DNA from: Mizuhopecten yessoensis
Taxonomy: Eukaryota
NCBI RefSeq assembly: GCF_002113885.1
Contig: NW_018408902.1
Coordinates: forward strand, 2,701,490-2,765,489
Reading direction: 5' to 3'
Length of the DNA stretch: 64,000 nt
This document shows, one piece after another, positions 54,549 to 64,000 of the stretch. The position numbers were made by a program, and so were the translations under genes. The notes under the pieces are model-generated. The model did no database searches. It worked only from the letters and a program-made list of their open reading frames with translations, and was not told the DNA's origin. Each line of letters opens with the position of its first letter. Within the stretch, counting starts at the first letter, position 1.

Positions 54549-54648
54549 ATATATATAAAACAAAACACGAAGGTTAAATTTCGCTAGCACTTTCGCCCAT
54601 CTTGGGGCTCTTCAGGCAATTTGAAATCATGTTTTGTTTTATATATAT
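54549..54648 (-). ncRNA. Minimal type-I hammerhead ribozyme motif
   Basis: Minus strand: AAAUUGC-CUGAAGA-GCCC(caagau)GGGC-GAAA-GUGC-UA-GCGAAAUUU, enclosed by a ~22-bp stem (auauauauaaaacaaaacauga / ucguguuuuguuuuauauauau). Confidence 0.72.
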
Positions 54649-55027
54649 GAAATTTTCGAGTAAAAATATAAAATGAGTCTACAAAATATTCAAACTAGAG
54701 CATGTCCTGTCCACCTTCCTGTGGAGAGGTATTGTACCTGGTAATTACTTTTAACAACATGATATAGTATATATATAATAAGTGATTTGTATACAGGTGT
54801 GCTAAAAACTAAAAAAAAAATCATATGAAATAGTAAGAAAAAGGATTAAAAAATTTCATATTCAACCGATTCAGTCACTTCCCCGTTGTATTACTTTTCA
54901 GGAAACTGGTGGCTGTATCAGCAAGATTCTTCTTAACTTTGTCTTGTATAACAACAGATATGTGGGAAGATGACCTCCTCTTCTACTGTAGGGGAGACCA
55001 GGGTGTGGGAATCAGCTATCATCTGTT

Positions 55028-58000
55028 CTACTGTAGGGGAGACCAGGGTGTGGGAATCAGCAGTCGTCTATGTCCTCCTCCTCCTTTCGCTTGGTCAGCT
55101 GAATCGGAAAAAGAATAACACTTCAACCATCATTGCTGACTGATTCTGATTTATATACCTACATACATTGTACTACATAGAGGACTATTATTATTTCACA
55201 TCTCACCATTGTTTGTATTAAATGTAGTATGGTCTAGTCATTTTTCACATTTATCAGTGATTGTCTAGTGTATATGGTCTGGTATTATTTCATAGTTTAC
55301 AGTGGTAAACCTTTTTTTGTTTAATACAGTGTTTAACTCGTTCACCCCTGAAGACACATTTGAACTCTTCCAATTCAAAGGTTGGAATAGTTCATAATGA
55401 AATTTCAGGGGTGAATGAGTTAATGTCATCACAAGTTCCAAGGTCATATGAGGATGGGTGTCCAAGGAGACACTGCCAAACAGAAAGAAGATAAAGAACA
55501 ATAGAAATAGTGGTTCTAAGTATTTGAATATGGACAAATTATCATTTTAGGTTTCTTTATAGTCCCCTTAGCAGATGGCCCAGTAAAAATTCCCAATTCT
55601 GCACATAAGTTGCCTCTTATTATGACATTAACCCTTTCACCACTGGAGACCAAAATGGACTCGTCCAGATCAATGCATGGAAGAGTTAACTACAGTTACA
55701 AAGGGGTGAAAGGGTTAAATGGAATACTTTCCCCCAAACTTATTCTGTGTACACATGTATTAAACAGTAGTAGGTTCTTGAATCATGTCATTCCAGTGAT
55801 AAACCCATTCTCTCTATTATTTGGGTCTTGTATCTTTTTTTATTCTCTGCATTTTTAGAAGGGGTCATACAATTATCTGGAACTGAGATCTATTTCCATT
55901 CCGGAAAGTCCTTCATGAAATAAGTTTGATGAAAATTCTAACCATGATTTCAAGGCACTTTCAGTGTAACATTCTATAACAGTTCATTATTCATCTCTTT
56001 AAACAATGAAGCAAAAAGCATTTTATCAAACGAGTATGGATCCTTTAAATAAATAAGCAGCACCGTGAAACTATTTTATAATGGATTGCTACAGAATATT
56101 TGGTCAAATTGTGACAAACAGCAAGTTTACTCTACCTTTATTGTAGCCTTTGATCTGGTTTTCTACACCCTGCTGAGCAGAGGAATGGAACCACAGCTGG
56201 TATCCTTAAATAACAATACATGTAATTCAATGGTGAGCTTTTCTAAAATCAGTTTAGGAATTCCTAACACGATTCCATCCTTTACATTCAAACCCTTGCG
56301 AGTAAACATTACCTAATATTTCTTGATAAGGATTTATTAACTTCATAAATAGAATTATCCACAAAATTACTGATATATAAACCATAAAAAATGCTTCATT
56401 ATATTGGTATAACATATAGACACGTACTACAAAGTATCATTATTAACAATCATGCATGTTTGTTTTAATTTTGGTTTAAGACAATTATCATCTATACTGT
56501 ATAGGCAAGTATACAGATATTTAATGATACTTATATATTTTCATTTTCTAACCTGTGTCAGTTGGTCCTAGAATACTTTGAAAGGTACCAAGCAGCTTGG
56601 CATCACCCTTGCTGGCTGTAAATTGGTGACCTGTTCCTTGGTTCATCGTGTCCAGCTCATAAACACCTGTAAAGGAAACAAAACTCCTACCTGAGGGTTA
56701 CATTTATCAATCTTTATATTCATTAATAGGAACAGGTGATATACATACTTGACAAATTCCTGATGTCAGGCTGAACAAGATTGATGTCCGACATTCTGAT
56801 ATGTTATAGATGTATCTCTGATGTCAAACAGGACAAAATTGATGTCTCTGACATTCTGACATGTTATAGATGTCTCTGGTATTCTAACATGTTATAGATG
56901 TATCTCTGATATCAGACTGGATAAGATTGATGTCTCTGACATTGTGATTATTAGGTTATATGTGTATCTCTGATGTCAGACTGGACAAGACTGATGTCTC
57001 TGATATTCTGACATGTTATAGATGTATCTCTGATGTCACACTGGACAAGATTGATATCCCTAACAGTGTGCAGGTTAAGATGTACCTCTGATGTCAGACT
57101 GGACAAGACTGATGTCTCTGACATTGACATGTTATAGATGTATCTCTGATGTCACACTGGATAAGATTGATGTCTCTGACATTGTGATTATTAGGTTATA
57201 TGTGTATCTCTGATGTCAGACTGGACAAGACTGATGTCTCTGATATTCTGACATGTTATAGATGTATCTCTGATGTCACACTGGACAATATTGATATCCC
57301 TAACAGTGTGCAGGTTAAGATGTACCTCTGATGTCAGACTAAATCAAAATTACTGTTCCTACAGAATGGCGGTTATATATTAAACTTACCTCTGAGATCA
57401 GGCTGAACGAGATAACAGTCCCCGACAGTTTGGAGTAACATGTTTTCCTGACGAGACATCATTGGTAATATCTTGCTGAAGTAACTACTGATCCAGTTAG
57501 GGTCGTCAGCCAGAGCTTGGCGCACTTTTGCCCGCTGATTCAAATCATCTGGTGGATAAAAAACAGAGACTTGTATCAATGTTGTACATTGTACTATCAA
57601 AAGCATTGTAGAAATGTTTGTGGAAGGGACAAGTGCATGCATATAGGTTTACCCATGTCCATCTGTAACATTCCAAAAGAACTAACATGCATCTCCCTCA
57701 CTAACAAACCTGTTAATCACCCTTTTGAATGGTAAATTGATATCAGATTAATTAATTAATTTGAAACATAAAGGAAAATAAAAATCACAGGTAGAAGCTA
57801 AATCAGGCTAAATAAAAAAAAAATTGTGTTACTGCCAACCCACCTACCCTAGAATTTTGTGTCTATCCTAAATTTTTGTATTGGCATTTAGTGATATGCA
57901 CTGTTTAAGTCAGAATTCCTGCTGTATATATGCAGAGTAAAAACCTTTTCCAAAATAAAAATAAATTGCCTACTACCTATACCTAACCTATTTTTTCTGA

Positions 58001-60344
58001 GGATGATCCTGGAAACACAAGTAAAAAAAAAATCCCTCATGCATCTTGGGTTGTTTACCATATTCCCATATGTGGACAACATCATTCAAGCCACCAATTT
58101 CGCTGACCCAGTAACCAACCAGACGCGAGTGAGCTGTTCTCAGATGAATCCACTCTTTGCTCAGCTCAATGAATGGTTTCATTTCCTTTGGCCAAATTTG
58201 ATAGATGCGCAGTTCATAAAGCTTGTCAAGCCCATTACTTGTGCTGGTGGTGGAGCTGTGCCGGTTGAGCTTCCTTGGCAACAGACTACACAATGGGGTC
58301 TAAAATATAAGGAAAGACAAGAACTCTGTGAACAAGTGCACATAATATTATCAACTAGTTCAATATTTTCATTTGTCAAATTGTCTGTGAGCACACTTGG
58401 TTTTAACTATTATTAGCCACTTGACCTACAGACCTACACCAAATATTCTGGTATCATGAACAAGAGGCCCAGAGGGCCTTTATCTCTCACATGGATATTT
58501 AAGCAACTATGACAAGATATTTTAATGAAATATATGTTAATACAATTGTACTGAAAATTGTGGCTCTGTCTCACTAAAGGATACATCCTTNGGGGGGGGG
58601 GAACTGGGATGGATTTTAAAGATGTATCCTTATTTCACCATATAGGACCCTGCTCCTAGGGGTGGCCACACCCTTCATTTCCACCTTTGCCCAATGATGC
58701 TCTACACCAAATTTAGTTAAAATCCTTCATTTGTGCATATGTAGAAGGATTTTATATATATTTACCTCAAACTGCCCTATTGGGCTCTGCCCCTCTGCCT
58801 TTGGGGAGCATACCATCCCTTTATAAAAACAAATTTAGTTCAATTTTCCAAGGATGATCCAGACAAAATTTGGTTAAAAGCAATCCATTTTTATGAAAGG
58901 GATAGGATCTTAAAGACTAATCCCTATTTCCCCTGGGGGTGGCCACACCCTTCATTTTCATTTGATTCTCTACACCAAATTTTGTTAAAATCCTTTATTC
59001 ATGCAATGTAGAAGGGTTTTAAATATTTACCTCAAATTGCCCTTATCGGGCTCTGCCTTGGGGAAAATGGGAGGGCAGACACACTCTCCATTCACATAGA
59101 ACTGATCAATGACTTTACTTTACTTGAGAATGCACTCCACGAAATTTGGTTAAAATCCTTCATTTGTACATTAGGAAAAGGATTATAGAAATTTATCCCT
59201 ATTTCCCTCGTTGGGCCTCACCCCTCTGCCCCTAAGGGGCTTAGGGTTAAACCCTCCGTTTATGCACAACTACTTCTCCTTTAACCACAGATGCTCTACA
59301 CCAAACCCTCAGGGCCTTATATTGAATTGTGTTCCCTTTGCCAAAAGATACTCCAGAACAAATTTGGTTAAATCCCTCCATTTGTACAGAAAAAAAAAGT
59401 ATTTACAGCTTTATCCCTATTTCCCCTGTTGGGACCCACTCGTCTGCCCCGAAGGGGCTAAACCCTCCATTTATACACAACTGAGCCCCCTTTAACCAAG
59501 GATGCTGCTCTAGACCAAATTTTGTTAAAATCCTTCCATTTATACAGGAGGAGGATTTTATAGATTTTTCCCTGTTGGGCCCCACCCCTTCACCCAAGGG
59601 GATTTCCCCTATCGCATTGGGCCCCACCCCTTTGCTTTCAGGAACACCCACAGTTTATACAAAATTGATTTTACTTTGCCTAAGGATGTTCTAGCCCTAA
59701 TTTAGTTAAAATTCCTCAAAAAGCTCCATGGTCTTTGTACACTTTCACTCTGAAGGGAAATTATATATTTTTTTATCCCTTTAAGGCCACAGAAGAAGGA
59801 TTTTAAATATAATAAGCGATCTAATTAGGTCCGGTATCATTAATTAATTTACTAAGTAAGTCCTAAGCTTGTGCCATCACTCATTTATTGACTACAGATC
59901 TGGTAATGAAGTCCTGTGTCAATAACAGTTATCACTCAGTCAAACTGTTGAAGTTCTATATGAACTAATGTTTATCACATAAAATGGTTTGTAATTTTTT
60001 TCACAAGAAAATATTTTCCAAAGCATGTAACTGTTTTGTTAAATAGCATGCATTAGATACTGTAATTTAAAATCAAAAACGAAATTTCCCGAAGTGGCCA
60101 TTTTGTTTGTTGGTTGAAGAATCGAGCCGACCGAAATTCGGTCATCAACGATTGAGCATGACCCATGACCATGCAATGATGCATGAACTTGATGAAGTCA
60201 GCAGTTTTGTTGTATTATTTGCATCCGATAATTTCACTTTTAACTCTACAAAGCTTTGATACTTTGATAAAGAGTGCATTTTACCCGTAAATTCAGTGCA
60301 GCTCTACAAATGCCATTTATCAAACTTCTAGACTGCATGGCCAT
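55028..60344 (-). CDS. NIPSNAP3A: Protein NipSnap homolog 3-like, 6 exons, 237 aa
   Basis: Exons 60285-60344, 58059-58299, 57390-57548, 56553-56666, 56136-56204, 55028-55098 (714 nt, phase-consistent). Motifs LYELRIY, GYWVSEIGGLNDVVHIWEYDDLNQRAKVRQAL, GVYEL, LLIPTPWSPLQ*; basic mitochondrial-type leader. Confidence 0.92.
56760..57340. repeat. Intronic ~58-66-bp tandem repeat with 240-bp higher-order duplication
   Basis: gatgtatctctgatgtcagactggacaag units; 56941-57100 is identical to 57181-57340. Confidence 0.9.
58459..59800. mobile_element. Older HINE/Helentron-like element with degenerate internal repeats
   Basis: Starts aacaagaggcccagagggcc; repeated ccctatttcccc..ttgggcccc..caaatttggttaaaatcc blocks; right end unclear. 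Confidence 0.6.
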
Positions 60345-61407
60345 GTTGTACACTTTCACTGTTATCATCAACTTCACTCAGGTCATAGGTCAACGGTTGC
60401 CAGACCTAGATAAGATATGATAGAACAAGTTTCATTGGTTTATTTTCTGCAAGGTACCCCGTCTCCACCAATCATCAACTCTCTTACACAGTAAACATGG
60501 ACGAAGAATAAAAATGGACGCCGATTGTAAACAAGCAATGTTTTGAATAGTTTTAGTGGAATGTTTCTTATGTTTGAGCTATAAATCCGTTTTATGCTGT
60601 ATTTATACGAAGAAGCCATTTTTATGGATTCATGAGGCACCATAATTGTAAGAATTCAAAACGCAGATAAAGCTTTTCTACTTCCTTGCAATATTGCACA
60701 TGTTCGTCAAACATGTTAATGATGTCGACAGTTTCATTCGTGATTCGACCCGGTTGTTAAATACGATTGTTTTGTTTTTTTTGTTTTCTTCTAAACGAAA
60801 TGATTTGGAGCAGAAACGACCGTCTATAAGTGTTAGTAGTACTACATTTGAATAATAAAATAATGTAATGGCAGAGGCAAGATACATCGTGTATATATAT
60901 GCATCTTGATTGCTTGTAATTAGAGAAGTTGGTGTTTTTTTTTTATCTGAGACGTTGATTAAATTACACTTCCCAACTAATCATCAAGGCCTGTTATTAT
61001 GTGGCTTACAAAATAAGTATTTAAGTAACTTTGCACATGTATCTACAGGTTAAAAAGAATTCTAAAAGGCTTCAAGCCAATGATTTACAACAATGAGTTC
61101 ATTTTAAGCTGTCCAGCTGTCCATTCTAGGTGCACTGTAGTAGCAGTTCCAGACTGTCAGCCATCATAATGTTCAATATGAAGAAACGTGATGAATTGAT
61201 TGTTTGATTAAAGATTTGTTCTTGTTAAATAGCCTAACTAACTTAATAATCTGATGATTTGTGCATTGTGAAAGTTGACTGGTGTGACATAACGAGATGG
61301 TTGTAAAGTAGGATGGTTAAAAGTTGAAGTTCTTTCATTCATCCATAGAGTACACATTGAGGCACGTCCATGTAAGACAACATCATTGTTAGTGACCAGG
61401 ATCCATC
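60345..61407. promoter_or_regulatory. Probable bidirectional promoter / 5' UTR region between NipSnap and TBC1D32
   Basis: Divergent ATGs ~1.06 kb apart; locally CpG-richer; YY1-like gccatttt at ~60615. Confidence 0.5.
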
Positions 61408-63536
61408 ATGAGTGGCTGGAGGGGTCTTGAAGGGGAGGATCTTGTCCAGAACCTCCGTCACCTGCTGATCAACTTTGACCCCCATATCCGTGAGGCTGGC
61501 TCCTCAGACCAGGTAGAGGAAGCTCTGGTTCACATGGAGGAAAATGATGAAAATTTCCACAGGTATTAATAGGCATAAGCCACAGGCAGTCTTTTTCAGT
61601 TTTCCATAATCTCAAAGATTTGAGAGTTGTGGTATATGTAAAAATAGTAAATATATACACATTTTGTATGTCAATAGAAATTGACAATGTATATTCCAAC
61701 ACCATAGTCTATATGTTTATATATGTAAGATAAATGTTATCAGCTATTTAATTTTTTAAGATATCAATTATAGAACTACATGCCAGAAGTAAATTCATTT
61801 TCACTAACAAAACCCAATGTATTTAGGAGAAGGTGAATGTCAATAGACTTGGCCGTTGAAATTCTAAATGGATTTTTTTTTTCCAATCTATATTTATGGT
61901 ATATAATTATACCAGCGTGTTGTATTCTTAATAACAAAAACTCTTTTTCTTTTTGTGTCATAAGCATGTACAGTCAAATTTTGACAAATCTGAAATCAAC
62001 CAGTTATCAACACTTTTTACTAACACTGTATCATCCATCACTAAACTAGCTAGGTATTCAAATACAAATGGCATGTTCAACAACTCTAGATCTGTGATAT
62101 TTAATATGGGATAGAATGAAGTTAAATGGAAATCTCCTACATACCTTTTAGACTGTAAACTATGAAAGTTAAGGTGGCATGGTACGTATGTTATAGTCAA
62201 AAGGAGGTATATAATAAGATCAGCAAACAGCAGGTATTGGTAGCAATTTTTGCCAGCTAACTATATAGCTTCATCATGTGATTTTTTGTTTACTTTCCTT
62301 TTACTTCCAATCAAATCTTAGCTTAAGTAAAAGGAGTCATTTATACAGAATTGATATGCACATACAGTTGGAAGATGACAATATTATTTTTTTCAAAATG
62401 GAATTTCAGGTATGAGTTTGTGCGACAGTTGAAGAGGAGGATAGAGGAGGTGTTGGGCCCTATCACTGAGGATGAAATAGAGAAGCAGTCCACATCCACT
62501 GGATCAGTGGACATTGGTCAAGACACACTGGTCAGCAGGATCACTGAGCGTGTCATTCATTCAAAACAGTGAGTTCATGTCTAGTGACTGGTTCTCTATT
62601 ATATATAGTGGCTAGCATGTATAAGGTTATTTTAAAAAAATCCTTCCCTTGCAAACAATTTCATCCTTAAATAAATTTAGGTATTATTACAATAAAATAT
62701 AAAAAATATAAATTTTCACTTTAACTGTTCTCTCTGAATATCATGCAGAAAAGGTAGAAATCCGACCAAGTCAGTAAAGCGACAAATTTCTATCCTCTTA
62801 GTTTTGTTGTCACTGCATAATATTTCTTATTAATCATGTAATGATATATTTACATCTGATACACAATTAAATACCACTGTTATGTTTTAGATGTACAACA
62901 ATTCAGAAATTTCCTAATCAATTTATTATCCAACAGAACTTTAATAGTGCTACATTATTTACTGAAAAAAAGGACTTCANGGGGGGTCTTATTTTGGGAC
63001 TTACAGTACTCATAAATAAACTTATGTTTTCAGCTACAATGACCTATCAAGGAAGATGAAGAAAAATATTATGGATGCAGTTGAACATCTGATGAAGAAC
63101 TTTGAATCTGAGTTTGGTACAGGGCGTCATCGTGACTCTGCTGATCAGCTCCAGGCCAATCGACAGACTCGCAAGACATACATTGTCAGTGATGAAGATG
63201 AGTCGTCATGTGGCAGCTCCTTCAATCAGGTTTATAGCCTCTTTTAATTGGTTGAAATTTAACTATTCTAAATCCATTTACATTTTGTCGAAACTCTAAT
63301 ATTATGGACACTAACTATTTAAAGATTTTTACCTTTTTGTGAGTATGCTGTGTTTCAATGTTATATTTAAATTAGAAATTTTACTTAGAAAATGAACACA
63401 TTAAAACTGACAGCTTTTGACAAGGCGAGTAAAGATATTTGTATCATATACATAATTGTAGGGTATGATGTGGTACACTAGCCTGGAGATGCTGGAGAAT
63501 GTTGCTGAGAAACTGGGCAAGACCAAAGACACACAG
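61408..63536 (+). CDS. TBC1D32: Protein broad-minded (BROMI / TBC1D32), first four coding exons; continues beyond window
   Basis: Exons 61408-61562, 62410-62568, 63034-63229, 63462-63536. EEALVHMEENDENFHRYEFVRQL..LGPITEDEIEK..DTLVSRIT..KNIMDAVEHLMKNFE..SSFNQ matches the BROMI N-terminus ([23 protein letters not shown]). Confidence 0.92.
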
Positions 63537-64000
63537 GTGAAGTAGACAAAGGAAAATTATTGATAAAGCACCTTAAAATGTCAAATGTCTGGTTTTAGAC
63601 TGACTGGTCATAATAATTAACATTGTGGTTTGGCAGATAAAACACATACATTATATGGAACTTAAGATTCACATTAATTTAAAAGAAAGCTTACAAGAAC
63701 ATTCTTCTCATAGGTTGCAGAATATTTAATAGCTGTTAAGGAAATAGCCAATTCTAATATAGTTAATAAATAATATCGCTCATTTAGAATAGATTTTAGA
63801 ATATTTCTCTTAACAATTTTATGCCTTTCTGTCCATACACATTGTAACATTGCATCTCTTCTTAAACCGTTTGTTGGAATTTTTTGTAACTTGACACAGT
63901 GAAGGGATATCTATGTAGTTAAATTCAGTACAGTGTATTTGAGCTTTGTTGATATGCATGCATATGGTTATAGGCTTACGTGGGTACTACATACCTGAAA

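Overview
AT-rich, intron-rich eukaryotic DNA, most likely a bivalve mollusc judging from its repeat families (Meta-/V-type SINEs, Helentron-like HINEs with central tandem arrays, Penelope-like RT relics); the taxon is an inference. The left half (1-29.1 kb) is a tandem segmental duplication (1-11.6 kb vs 18.9-29.1 kb) of a tail-to-tail pair of CD225/dispanin (PRRT1/IFITM-like) genes, giving four copies. One copy is a complete 10-exon, 215-aa gene whose Pro/Gln/Tyr-rich N-terminus is built from symmetric phase-1 mini-exons, one of them triplicated. The second pair carries splice and frameshift lesions. The right half holds an unrecognised minus-strand spliced gene (30.6-32.6 kb), a ~2113-aa C2H2 zinc-finger gene with a 4.6-kb exon (39.4-49.3 kb), a 6-exon NipSnap3-like gene, and the first four coding exons of TBC1D32/BROMI head-to-head with it. 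The most notable non-coding signal is a minimal type-I hammerhead ribozyme motif in sense orientation about 400 nt past the NipSnap stop codon. Most short ORFs in the track are non-coding noise. All gene models were spliced by hand (GT-AG and phase checked) and no database searches were run.
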